Shown here piece after piece: positions 1-9,556 of a DNA stretch of 64,000 bases. Source of the DNA: an uncultured Pseudobdellovibrionaceae bacterium (lineage in GTDB: Bacteria > Bdellovibrionota > Bdellovibrionia > Bdellovibrionales > UBA1609); contig CAWDNU010000005.1 in the NCBI GenBank assembly GCA_963803705.1, positions 37,881-101,880 of the forward strand, in the 5' to 3' direction. Below the pieces are notes generated by a model. The model saw only the letters and a list, made by a program, of their open reading frames with translations. It made no database searches and was not told the origin of the DNA. Position numbers and translations under genes: made by a program. The stretch's first letter is position 1. Every line of letters begins with the position of its first letter.

Positions 1-288
1 GACACTATTATAAATTTTGATAGGGTTAGAGAAAATTTGACTATTTTCAAAAAGAAACCACTAGCCATGGTTATAAACCGCTCTGTTAATGATGTGATTT
101 CAAGAACTATGCTAACTTCTTTCACAACAATGATTGCTGTTATTGCTATGTATATCTTGGCCGGTGGTGTAATTCGGGATTTAGCGTTTACTTTAGGTAT
201 TGGAATCATCATCGGTACTTATTCCACCATGTACGTAGCTTCACCTTTAGTTTTGCTATTTGATAAAGCCGAGCCACAAAAAGCTTAA
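1..288 (+). CDS. secF: Protein translocase subunit SecF, 3' end (5'-truncated by the window)
   Basis: Frame open from base 1: DTIINFDRVREN...SRTMLTSFTT...GTYST, the SecF C-terminal motifs; followed by recJ. Confidence 0.92.
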   Translation, partial: DTIINFDRVRENLTIFKKKPLAMVINRSVNDVISRTMLTSFTTMIAVIAMYILAGGVIRDLAFTLGIGIIIGTYSTMYVASPLVLLFDKAEPQKA

Positions 289-304
289 ATGAAGTTTTTA
301 CTTA

Positions 305-2026
305 ATGGAAACTGAACAGCTAAAAAATCTATATAAAAATGTTCCCGAAAGCTTAGTCCGTTTATTAAGGTCACGAGGTCACCTTGAGTCTGAAGCTTGG
401 GACATCTTGTTTCGCCCCTCATTAGCAAATTTAAAATCACCTTTTCAATTAGACTCTATGGATGTTTTAGTGAATCGATTGCTGTTAGCTCATCAAAAAC
501 AGCACGGCGTTCTTATTTACGGTGATTTTGACTTGGACGGATCATCGGGAGCCGCTATTCTTTATTGCGGACTCAAAAGCTTGGGTTATGAAAAGTTGTT
601 TGTAGTTCAGCCTAAAAGGTTAAGCGACGGGTATGGAGTGCATTCAGCAATTTTAGAAAGGTATGTCGGTAAAGTTCAAGTAGTGCTGACCGTTGATGTT
701 GGTATAACTGCAATGGATGCTACAGATTACGCTAACCAAAATGGAATAGACGTCTTAATAACTGACCATCATTTGCCTAAGGGTGAGCTGCCAAAAGCCA
801 TGGCTATCGTTAACCCAAACAAAGGCTTTTGTAACAGTGGTTTAAACCATCTGTGTGGTGCAGGCGTGGGTTACTATGTTTTTTTAGCTGTATGGATGAA
901 AATGAAAGAACTTGTTTTACAAGATCCAAAGTTATTTTCTGAAATACAAAAAAACAAAATCGCAGCTATCGATCCAAAAAGTTTGCTAGATTTATTTGTG
1001 ATTGGCACAATAACGGATCTGGTACCATTAGTTGATGAAAACAGAGTTTTAGTTAAGCACGGCTTCAAAATCTTAGAGCGAACTAAACGCCCAGGATTAA
1101 GGGCGCTAATGCAAAAGCTAGGACTTTTAGGCAAAAAGCTTGGAGCGCAAGACATTGGGTTTCGATTAGCACCTAAATTAAATTCATTAAGCCGGATGGA
1201 TAAAGGACTTTTGCCGCTAGATGTTTTTTTATGCGAAGACGAACTTTCTGCAACTCGAATGGTTGATCAGATTATGAGCTTAAACAGCGACCGGCTGAGC
1301 TTTCAAAAAAAGGCAGAAGCGTTTGCTATTAGTAAAGCATTTGACTCGGAAGAGCCGTACTGCCTAGTCTTTGATGAAAGCTTACATAAAGGTGTGGTTG
1401 GGTTAGTAGCCACAAAGCTTGCCCAAACCTACCATAAGCCCTCGTTTGTTGGTGAATTGAAAGACGAAAAAATTTCTGGAAGTGCAAGACTGCCAGACCA
1501 TTCAGTTCTAAATTTAGTCGATATTATGTCAGAGTGTCCTTCATTAAAAGCTTATGGCGGGCATGCCCAAGCGGCTGGGTTTGAAGTTGAACTTGAAAAA
1601 GCTATTGATTTCGAAAACGAGCTTAAAAATTACTTTTTAAACCATCAAGCTGAAATCGAAAGTAATTCCATAGAACGCGATTATAAATATGATCTAGAGT
1701 TAAAAGTTTTTGAGTTGGATATGAACTTAATCTCCTGGATCGAAAAGCTTGAGCCCTTTGGCATTGGCTTTGAACACCCTGTCTTTAAGCTGGCAAATGT
1801 CGAAATTTTAGAACACAAAGCACTAAATGGCGGACATCTTAAATTTAAGATCAAACAAGACAGCAATTTTTTGGATTGTATTTGGTTTAAACACACCCTT
1901 ACAGAAGCAAGCTTAGACCAATTTTTAACATCTAAGGTAAATCTCTACGGTCAAATTGAAATTAATGAGTATTTGGGTCAAAAAAAATTGCAATTTATGG
2001 TGCATAATCTTACAACATTTTCTTAA
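305..2026 (+). CDS. recJ: ssDNA-specific exonuclease RecJ
   Basis: YGDFDLDG, TVDVG, TDHH (DHH motif), GTITDLVPL and GGHAQAAG (DHHA1). Confidence 0.95.
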   Translation: METEQLKNLYKNVPESLVRLLRSRGHLESEAWDILFRPSLANLKSPFQLDSMDVLVNRLLLAHQKQHGVLIYGDFDLDGSSGAAILYCGLKSLGYEKLFVVQPKRLSDGYGVHSAILERYVGKVQVVLTVDVGITAMDATDYANQNGIDVLITDHHLPKGELPKAMAIVNPNKGFCNSGLNHLCGAGVGYYVFLAVWMKMKELVLQDPKLFSEIQKNKIAAIDPKSLLDLFVIGTITDLVPLVDENRVLVKHGFKILERTKRPGLRALMQKLGLLGKKLGAQDIGFRLAPKLNSLSRMDKGLLPLDVFLCEDELSATRMVDQIMSLNSDRLSFQKKAEAFAISKAFDSEEPYCLVFDESLHKGVVGLVATKLAQTYHKPSFVGELKDEKISGSARLPDHSVLNLVDIMSECPSLKAYGGHAQAAGFEVELEKAIDFENELKNYFLNHQAEIESNSIERDYKYDLELKVFELDMNLISWIEKLEPFGIGFEHPVFKLANVEILEHKALNGGHLKFKIKQDSNFLDCIWFKHTLTEASLDQFLTSKVNLYGQIEINEYLGQKKLQFMVHNLTTFS

Positions 2027-2688
2027 TGATGAGAAAAAAAGCAGTCCTACTTTTGAGTGGAGGACTAGACTCCACCGTAAATTTATTTGAAGCACATCTT
2101 AAATTTGATGTCGTGCAGGTTCTGACAATTAACTACGGTCAAAAAGCGCTTGAAAAAGAACTTGAAGCCGCCCAATATTTTTCAGATTTTTTAGATTTAC
2201 CATGGCTCTGTTTAGATCTAAGTTGGCTATCTACGATTAGCCCCTCTACTTTAAATACAAATGAAGATATTCCCAGTGGCAAAAATGTGGATATCGAATC
2301 TTATGAAGTTTCAATTGAAACAGCAAAGTCAGTGTGGGTCCCAAATAGAAATGGTCTTTTTTTGAACGTGGCAGGCGTTTACGCAGACGCTTTAAACGCT
2401 GACTATATAATCCCAGGTTTTAACCTTGAAGAGGCTGAAACTTTTCCAGATAATTCAGACAGCTTTATGAAGGCGTCCAGCAAAGCCTTAAGTTTCTCTA
2501 CAAAGAATGAAACGGAAGTTTATTGTTTTACAACTCATTTGAATAAGATAAAAATTGTTGAAAGAGCCATTGAACTTAAAATTCCTCTGGATAAGTTGTG
2601 GCCTTGTTATTACAGTTTCAACGAGTGGTGTGGACAGTGTGAATCATGTATGAGATTTAAGAGAGCTGTTGTCGGAAGTCGAAGTTAG
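2026..2688 (+). CDS. queC: 7-cyano-7-deazaguanine synthase QueC
   Basis: SGGLDS PP-loop, YGQK, VWVPNRN, FPDN and Zn site C-x7-CGQCESC; TAATG overlap with recJ. Confidence 0.93.
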   Translation: MMRKKAVLLLSGGLDSTVNLFEAHLKFDVVQVLTINYGQKALEKELEAAQYFSDFLDLPWLCLDLSWLSTISPSTLNTNEDIPSGKNVDIESYEVSIETAKSVWVPNRNGLFLNVAGVYADALNADYIIPGFNLEEAETFPDNSDSFMKASSKALSFSTKNETEVYCFTTHLNKIKIVERAIELKIPLDKLWPCYYSFNEWCGQCESCMRFKRAVVGSRS

Positions 2689-2816
2689 CTGAGTATGGTC
2701 GCATGTCAAAGAGCTCGCTTTTAATAGAAGTATTAAAAATAGAAACTATATACCGCTTAATTGATAGTGACTTTAAAATGCAAAACCTTAATACCATTAA
2801 TATCTTGGGAGTTTTC

Positions 2817-3434
2817 TTGAAAACAAAATTTATAGATAAAAAAATAAAGTATGACGGTTCACAATTAAAATCGCTATATGCGTTTTTGCAACACGGTGTA
2901 CAGGGTGATTCAGTGGTAAGTTGGGAAGGGTCCTGCGATATACCAACTAGTAATATTGTTGATGGTCAAGATCTTCTAGAACAGGCGGTCATCAGATCTG
3001 ACAGTATGCTTCATTTTATTATCGAAATTTTTGATGCAAAACTGATTCAGATGGTTTTACTTCAAAGACTTTTTTGTGAAATAGTAAAAGATGAAGTTAG
3101 GCATTTCAGCAAAGGCCAAGTGCAACTTATCCGTGATGGTGATGACTTATACTTTCCATTCAATCCAGGGATGACATCGAAACCCATAAAAAATGAAGAT
3201 CTAAAATTAAATATAAGTATTGCAACTGTTTCGCCGGTGTCGGGGCTTGTGCACTTTGGAATTAACACGTCCTCTAAGAACACTCCGGTTAAAACTATTT
3301 CTATCGTTGATATTCAAAATAAGGTTAACCGCTCAGATATGATTTCTAATTGGGCCGAACAATTGATGGAAAAACTAGCTTCAGAGTATAGAAACTCTTT
3401 AGATGCAACTCAGAAAGTGAAATGGGTCAACTAA
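2817..3434 (+). CDS. DUF366-family protein (biotin/lipoate-ligase-like fold)
   Basis: YDGSQL, MLHFIIE, QRL, RDGDDLY, KLNISIAT and HFGIN resemble DUF366; probable TTG start at 2817 after GGAG (ORF track starts at 2703). Confidence 0.75.
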   Translation: MKTKFIDKKIKYDGSQLKSLYAFLQHGVQGDSVVSWEGSCDIPTSNIVDGQDLLEQAVIRSDSMLHFIIEIFDAKLIQMVLLQRLFCEIVKDEVRHFSKGQVQLIRDGDDLYFPFNPGMTSKPIKNEDLKLNISIATVSPVSGLVHFGINTSSKNTPVKTISIVDIQNKVNRSDMISNWAEQLMEKLASEYRNSLDATQKVKWVN

Positions 3435-3613
3435 AAATAAATTTTATTGTAAGAAACTAAGTCTTAACCATTTACTCTTTTGAAAAAACAGACAGAATCA
3501 TTTAATTGAATATAATTAAATTTCTAAGCATTCCGTTAATGCACTTGATGTATCCAAAATAAGACTTTTACAAAATTCTTGTAAGCTATTCATAGTTTGG
3601 TAGATTGATTGGT

Positions 3614-4633
3614 ATGAACAAACATCTTATAATTTTGACTACTTTAGTTTTGTGCGGATGTGGAAAATTTACCGCGATCAGCTCAACTCAGCCAAACTCT
3701 ATCTACTTGGCAACTTATTCGGGGTTATACTTTCAGAAGGCTGATTCCGGTAAGTGGCTAAAAGAAGATTTCTGTGAATCAAAAAATGTTTGCGCGGTTC
3801 AACCACTTTCGATCACAAGCACTTCGCAAGGTCTTTTTGTAGGGACTATTTACGGAGGGATGCTGAAGGTTAGAGATTTTGAATCAGAAAATTTTGAGCA
3901 GATGGCAACTTACCCAGGATTTAAAGGCGGACATGCTTTCGAAGCTAGCTATATTAATAGCAATTTAATTGTAGGATCCGCTTTTGGGGTTATGCTTCTT
4001 AAAGAGGGTAGGTGGGAAGATTTACTTGTAATTCCAAGGGATCGCTCTAAGTCCCACGTGTCCAGCCTAATTGGCCATAAAAACTTTATTTATGCAGTAA
4101 GTAAGGGCGGCAGCTTCTTTGAGTCGAGGGACCAAGGTCAAACCTGGAGCGAGAATAAAAGCGGAAGTGTGAACGAAAGCTTTTTTTCTAACTCATCAAC
4201 TGCAGTTTATTTGTCCAAAGTCAGGGTCAACGAAGAATTTGTTTACGTCGCTAGCAGAACAGCTGGAATAGCGCGAAAAAGACATGGGTCTAATTTGTGG
4301 CAAACCCTACACTTTGAACAAGAAGGTTCTTCAGTTTTAAATAATGTGACTAGTTTTTATGTTGATGGACCACTTATTTACGTTAGTGTTAGAAATGAGG
4401 GACTTTTAAGCTCATCTGACAATGGTGAAAGCTGGAGTAACTTAATTAGGGCTAATGATCCAAGTTTTCCAGAAGGTTTTTATATCTCAGCGGTTTTAGC
4501 CACTAATGATTCAATTTATATCGGTAGCCGAGCTGGAGAACTGTTCGTTTCAAGTGATCAAGGCATGTCTTGGGGATCCATAAAAAGCCCCGCCGATGAC
4601 AATCCAATTTACGATATTTTCGTAGATCAATAA
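3614..4633 (+). CDS. Lipoprotein with BNR/Asp-box repeats (beta-propeller)
   Basis: Lipobox LCGC; Asp-boxes SRDQGQTW, SSDNGESW and SSDQGMSW. Confidence 0.75.
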   Translation: MNKHLIILTTLVLCGCGKFTAISSTQPNSIYLATYSGLYFQKADSGKWLKEDFCESKNVCAVQPLSITSTSQGLFVGTIYGGMLKVRDFESENFEQMATYPGFKGGHAFEASYINSNLIVGSAFGVMLLKEGRWEDLLVIPRDRSKSHVSSLIGHKNFIYAVSKGGSFFESRDQGQTWSENKSGSVNESFFSNSSTAVYLSKVRVNEEFVYVASRTAGIARKRHGSNLWQTLHFEQEGSSVLNNVTSFYVDGPLIYVSVRNEGLLSSSDNGESWSNLIRANDPSFPEGFYISAVLATNDSIYIGSRAGELFVSSDQGMSWGSIKSPADDNPIYDIFVDQ

Positions 4634-4746
4634 GTGAACTGACTTTAGATGAGACCAACACCTAACACCAGCTTTCACTATCATTTAGTTTTCATTTAGG
4701 TTACCTTTGTGATGTCTGTACAAACTTATCACTTTAGGAGATTCTT

Positions 4747-5172
4747 ATGAATAATGAAAAAGTTCTCACGATTTTAAACAAAATTCTTGAACATGAATTA
4801 GCTGGGGTAGTTCGTTACAGCCACTATTCCTTGATGGTTTTTGGTCCAAATCGTATTCCAATTTGTGGTTGGCTAAGGTCTCAGGCCACTGAGTCTCTAA
4901 CTCATAGTTATGAGGTGGGCGAGCTTATCACTTCTTATGATGGGCACCCAAGTTTAAAAATTGGCGAATTGCTTGAAACTGAAAAGCATTCCATAAAAGA
5001 TATTTTAGAAGAAAGCTTAGCTCATGAAACAAAGCAGATTCAACTTTACAGGGATCTTCTAACTGAAGTGGCCGACAAAAATGTTCAGCTTGAAGAGTAT
5101 TCCCGCAAAATGATTTCTGAAGAGCAGCTTCATACTAGCGAAGTTAAAAAAATGCTCAAAGGAATAAAATAA
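4747..5172 (+). CDS. Bacterioferritin-like / ferritin-like domain protein
   Basis: EHELAGVVRY, ESLTH, GHPSL, AHE and EEQLH four-helix-bundle pattern; AGGAG RBS. Confidence 0.8.
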   Translation: MNNEKVLTILNKILEHELAGVVRYSHYSLMVFGPNRIPICGWLRSQATESLTHSYEVGELITSYDGHPSLKIGELLETEKHSIKDILEESLAHETKQIQLYRDLLTEVADKNVQLEEYSRKMISEEQLHTSEVKKMLKGIK

Positions 5173-5247
5173 ACAAGCTAAGGCTTAAGCTGGAAGGCTA
5201 TGGCGTGCTTAACCTCCAAGCTACGACTTCAGTCTAGGCTGTTCATC

Positions 5248-5275
5248 TAAATTTTTCGCATATTTCTACCGATAA
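5248..5275 (+). promoter_or_regulatory. Sigma28 (FliA)-like promoter
   Basis: TAAA-N16-ACCGATAA, about 45 nt upstream of the 92-aa ORF. Confidence 0.45.
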
Positions 5276-5319
5276 ATTCTTTAGCAGTAAGTTATTTAAC
5301 TTTTGTTAAAGGGGTAGGC

Positions 5320-5598
5320 TTGAAACTTAGTGGCGATTTACAGACTTATTACGATGCTTTGGATGAAATGGGGATTATAGATCCACTTTTGAAATCAGAT
5401 TGGAAGCAGTTAGATACTTTAAGGTATTTAAGATTCACAGACTTTGAAAAGCTGATCTTTAAAATGAATCAGCTTAGCTCGACAAAAGATCAAATTAAAA
5501 AAGAACTAATCTCTTACGATGCTCAAATGATTCAATTTTTTGCCATGGAAGTCGCCAAAGAGTATGCGGATTACCACAAAGATAAGCAAACCCACTAG
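5320..5598 (+). CDS. Hypothetical protein (92 aa)
   Basis: ORF with GGGG RBS-like sequence; fills the intergenic space. Confidence 0.65.
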   Translation: MKLSGDLQTYYDALDEMGIIDPLLKSDWKQLDTLRYLRFTDFEKLIFKMNQLSSTKDQIKKELISYDAQMIQFFAMEVAKEYADYHKDKQTH

Positions 5599-5679
5599 AT
5601 TAAGTTTCGATAACTAAACTTTTTTAATTTTGAAAAGTCTAAAACATTATTACCAATCTTAAAGTTAAGGATTATTTCG

Positions 5680-6795
5680 GTGTCCATAAAAGAAGAACAG
5701 CAGTCAGTTTTTAAAGCGGCTATAGAAAATTTCTTAGGCCCAATATTGCATCTTTTAGAAGACGAAAAAGTTAGTGAAATTCTTATCAATGGTCATGATG
5801 AAATTTTTGTAGAGATGGCCGGTCGTATGCATCGGACGACTGTACAGTTTGCTAGCGAAGACGACTTAAGAGCAGCCGTAAATAATATTGCCCAAAGTAT
5901 AGGTCGAAGAATCAACGACCTAGAGCCTAGATTAGATGCGCGTTTGCCTGATGGATCACGTATTCATGCTGTGATTCCGCCCTGCTCACGAAAGGGTACC
6001 ACAGTAGCTATTCGGAAGTTTTTTAAAACTGAAATGACCCTAAAAAAATATGTGGGTTTGGGGGCAGTCTCCATAGAAGGAGCCCAGTTTTTAGACGCTT
6101 GTATGAAATTAGGAAAAAATATCTTAGTGAGTGGTGGAACTGGTTCTGGAAAGACCACATTGTTAGGGCTTCTAGGTTCCCGTATTCCATCTGGTGAGCG
6201 CATTATTGTGATCGAAGATTCAACAGAGCTGACAATTGATTATGAGCATATCGTTTTTTTTGAAACTCGGATGGCAGATGAACAAGGAGCTGGCGAAGTA
6301 TCAATACGTGATCTGGTTGTAAGTAGTTTAAGGTTAAGACCTGATAGAATTATAGTTGGCGAGGTTCGCGGTGGCGAAGCATTAGAATTAATTCAAGCTA
6401 TGAATACAGGGCACAAAGGTTGTATGGGGACAGTCCACGCAAACTCCCCTAGCGAAGCTATGGTAAGACTAGAGGCGCTGGCTCAAAGTGGCGACAACAA
6501 AATCAGTGAAAAAGCTTTGACTGCTCAAATCTCTTCAGCGGTGGATATGGTCATTCAAGTTTCGAGGTACGCTGATGGGTCGCGTAGAATCGCAGAGATT
6601 GCTGAAGTTAATGGGTTTATAAACGGGGCTTATGAAACCACTTCGATATTTAAAATTGAACGCTTGATTAAGCAATCTGACGGAAAGCTAAAGGGTGAGC
6701 TGACGGGTAAAAATTTACCATCTTTCATGGACGAGATTCGCGATAATGGCATGCCGTTTCCTATGCAAGCTTTCAAAACTAAAAAAACAGCCTAA
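5680..6795 (+). CDS. CpaF/TadA-family pilus assembly ATPase
   Basis: SEILING, DARLPDGSR, GGTGSGKTT, IEDSTEL, LRLRPDRIIVGEVRG, NTGH and TVHAN. Confidence 0.93.
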   Translation: MSIKEEQQSVFKAAIENFLGPILHLLEDEKVSEILINGHDEIFVEMAGRMHRTTVQFASEDDLRAAVNNIAQSIGRRINDLEPRLDARLPDGSRIHAVIPPCSRKGTTVAIRKFFKTEMTLKKYVGLGAVSIEGAQFLDACMKLGKNILVSGGTGSGKTTLLGLLGSRIPSGERIIVIEDSTELTIDYEHIVFFETRMADEQGAGEVSIRDLVVSSLRLRPDRIIVGEVRGGEALELIQAMNTGHKGCMGTVHANSPSEAMVRLEALAQSGDNKISEKALTAQISSAVDMVIQVSRYADGSRRIAEIAEVNGFINGAYETTSIFKIERLIKQSDGKLKGELTGKNLPSFMDEIRDNGMPFPMQAFKTKKTA

Positions 6796-6946
6796 AGAAA
6801 TGCTTATAAAACAAACAGCTGCACTCTAGTGACTAATGAATTTAGCAGCATTTTGACTGAACTATTGATTAACCTTAGGCTTTTGTGCTGTGAACCATTC
6901 ATAAATAAAGGTGGCGGTCCTAGCTTTAAAGCGTTAAAAAATAGGC

Positions 6947-7922
6947 GTGAAGTTCAGTTCTAAAATCGCTTACTCTTTTATCCAGTACGGCTCAAAAAAC
7001 CAGCTGGATATAGTACGACTGCTGAATCAAGCAGGTCTAAGTTTTGAATTATGCAATAATGGCGATTCATGGATTGCAGCCGATAATTTGGAAGTCTTCT
7101 TGAAGTTAGTCAAAGAGCAAGCCTCTGATCAAAAGGATATGACCTTGATCGAAAAAGTCGGCCATCAAGCTGTAGATTTAAAAGCCTGGGGCGTTCTAGA
7201 TAGTGTGCTGAAGATGATTAGATCTTCGAAAGACCTCTACCATAACCCTCAAAGATTTTTGAGCTACTTTATTTTTCCAGCTCCTCCGATTAAAAAGTTA
7301 AATTTTTCTGAAACATCGGTGCAGTTCGAAGTTCCATTCTTTTTTGAAGAGTATCCACATATCTACTCATACTTAAAAGCGTGTTTTGAAGTCGTATCGA
7401 CCTACCTTGGTGAACCTGCAGCTAGTGCAGTATGGAGACAACAACATAATTCAGATCAACTGGTCCCATAAACAGGATTAACTTATTGATCATGAGGATT
7501 ATAATCTAAACCCTGAATTGATTAAAAATATTATTGATACTATCGAAAGCAGCCATTCAGAAATTCAAGCTTTACAGGCTCAGTTAGCAAAAAAAAATAT
7601 TGAACTAGAAAGATACCACGAAATCAAAAGCCTCGATCAAAGTCAGGTGTGTTGGACTAGCCATGATAAAAAATGGTTTGAAGATCAAGTTATTAAGCTT
7701 CAAGACTATTTTCTAAGAGCTCAGCAAATGGTTACAATTCTTGCTGGATCTGAAAAAAAATCTAAATTTGTAAAAGAAGCCATGAAAAAGGTGCACTGGA
7801 ACAATGTACCTGAACTTTTCCCAGAGACTGTAGAAAAACTTAAGAAAAGGTTAAACTCGGACGACTTTGAAGATCACGAGCCTGCCTCCAGAGACCAAAA
7901 GTTTCAGCTTGAACTACAGTAA
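6947..7922 (+). pseudogene. Hypothetical protein split into two ORFs (AraC-type ligand-binding-like N-terminus, coiled-coil C-terminus); probably assembly errors
   Basis: ORFs 6947-7471 and 7518-7922 join through a frameshift near 7440 (NNIIQINWSHKQD) and an in-frame TAA at 7479. Confidence 0.5.
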
Positions 7923-7948
7923 AGCCAGACCCATGCAAGGTGGTGATT

Positions 7949-8143
7949 TGGAATCAGGCTGTGCAGGCAATTCACCGCAGGTGCGGTTGTGGAATCAGGC
8001 TGTGCAGGCAATTCACCGCAGGCGCGGTTGTGGAATCAGGCGGTGCTAACGATTCACCGACGGTGCGGATGTGGAATCAGGCGGTACTAACGATTCACCG
8101 CAGGTGCGGATGTGCAACTCGACGGTGCTAACGATTCACCGCA
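7949..8143. repeat. Tandem array of a 41-bp unit, about 4.75 copies
   Basis: Units start at 7949, 7990, 8031, 8072 and 8113; consensus TGGAATCAGGCKGTGCWRRCRATTCACCGCAGGTGCGGWTG. Confidence 0.95.
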
Positions 8144-8182
8144 AAAAAAAAGTTAATCCAACAAAAACGTAAGGGGTACAAT

Positions 8183-9451
8183 ATGAAAATAAAAAAAATA
8201 ATTGCTCGTCAAATTTTAGATTCTAGGGGTAACCCTACCGTCGAGGTAGATTTACATACTGGGCAATCGTGGGCCAGGGCTGCTGTTCCATCTGGAGCGT
8301 CTACTGGAATTCATGAGGCCCATGAACTTCGTGATGGCGACAAATCAAGATTCGGTGGTAAGGGGGTTTTAAAATCTGTTTTAAATATAACTCAATTAGG
8401 CGACGAACTGGAAGGCCAAAGTTTTTCTGACATCTATGACTTTGATAAATGGCTTTTAAAAAAAGATGGAACCGATAACAAATCTAATCTTGGTGCAAAT
8501 TCCTTACTGGGCTTATCGTTGGCCTTCGTAAAAGCACAAGCTCAAGAAAGCCAGAAAGATCTTTTCGAATTTTTACTTCCCGATCAAAAATCATATCGCC
8601 TACCTGTGCCCCTAATGAACATTATAAACGGTGGTGCTCATGCCAATAATGGCGTGGATGTTCAAGAGTTTATGATAGCACCAGTCTGCGGTGGATCTTT
8701 CAGCGAGGCATTACGAGCCGGAGTAGAGGTCTTTCATTCATTGAAAAAAGTTTTAAACGAAGATGGACATTCTATAGCTGTCGGGGACGAAGGCGGCTTT
8801 GCACCTAAGTTAGAGTCCAACAAACAGGCTCTTGAGTACATTATGAAAGCTATCGAGAATTCTGGATACAAGGCGGGCGAGGACATATTTATTGCGCTCG
8901 ATGTAGCGGCTACAGAGCTTTTTGACGGTCAAAACTACCGATGGGAAGGTCAGAAAATATCTCCTGAACAGCTAATTGAAATTTATAAATCGTGGACTGA
9001 ACAATTTCCCGTGGTCAGTATCGAAGACGGTGCAAGTGAGGATGATTGGGATACTTGGATTAAATTGAATCAGTTAATTGGCTCTAAAGTTCAGTTGATT
9101 GGTGATGACCTGTTTGTCACAAATCAAAAGCGATTAAAAATGGGTATAGAAAAAAAAGCTGCTAATGCTTTGTTAGTGAAAATTAATCAAATAGGCACTA
9201 TTTCAGAAACTATCAAGACAGTTTCAATGTGCCACGAGGTGAATTACAGCACGATCATGTCACACCGAAGTGGTGAAACTGAAGACAATTCTATTTCAGA
9301 CCTTGCAGTTGGATTATTGTGTTCTCAAATTAAGACTGGCAGTCCATGCCGGGGCGAAAGAACCGCTAAGTACAATCAGCTTTTAAGAATAGAGCAATCA
9401 TTAGGACCTAAAGCTAAGTTTTGGGGAGTAAACGCTTTTAAGGACCTTTAG
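8183..9451 (+). CDS. eno: Enolase
   Basis: DSRGNPTVEV, VPSGASTG, GDEGGFAP, SHRSGETED and QIKTG. Confidence 0.98.
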   Translation: MKIKKIIARQILDSRGNPTVEVDLHTGQSWARAAVPSGASTGIHEAHELRDGDKSRFGGKGVLKSVLNITQLGDELEGQSFSDIYDFDKWLLKKDGTDNKSNLGANSLLGLSLAFVKAQAQESQKDLFEFLLPDQKSYRLPVPLMNIINGGAHANNGVDVQEFMIAPVCGGSFSEALRAGVEVFHSLKKVLNEDGHSIAVGDEGGFAPKLESNKQALEYIMKAIENSGYKAGEDIFIALDVAATELFDGQNYRWEGQKISPEQLIEIYKSWTEQFPVVSIEDGASEDDWDTWIKLNQLIGSKVQLIGDDLFVTNQKRLKMGIEKKAANALLVKINQIGTISETIKTVSMCHEVNYSTIMSHRSGETEDNSISDLAVGLLCSQIKTGSPCRGERTAKYNQLLRIEQSLGPKAKFWGVNAFKDL

Positions 9452-9556
9452 CTTTTTTTATTTAAGTGCATTGTTATTTAAACTTGTTGAAATAAGGCAA
9501 AATTCTAAGGCTAGGTTCTATTGAACTTTCAAATGCCGATCGTTAATATAAAAGAT

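Noticed and set aside
2026..2688. queC as part of a Qat, CBASS-IV or Dpd defence system
   Set aside because: Canonical short QueC in a housekeeping context; no qatABD, cyclase or dpdA genes nearby.
7867..8131. ORFs 7867-8049 and 7940-8131 (and 51861-52097 on the minus strand)
   Set aside because: Translations of the tandem repeats with no RBS; not credible proteins.
7949..8143. CRISPR or TIGR-type guide array (also considered for 15556-15714 and 51898-52033)
   Set aside because: Units are directly adjacent and near-identical with no unique spacers, and no cas or Nop-domain gene is in the window.
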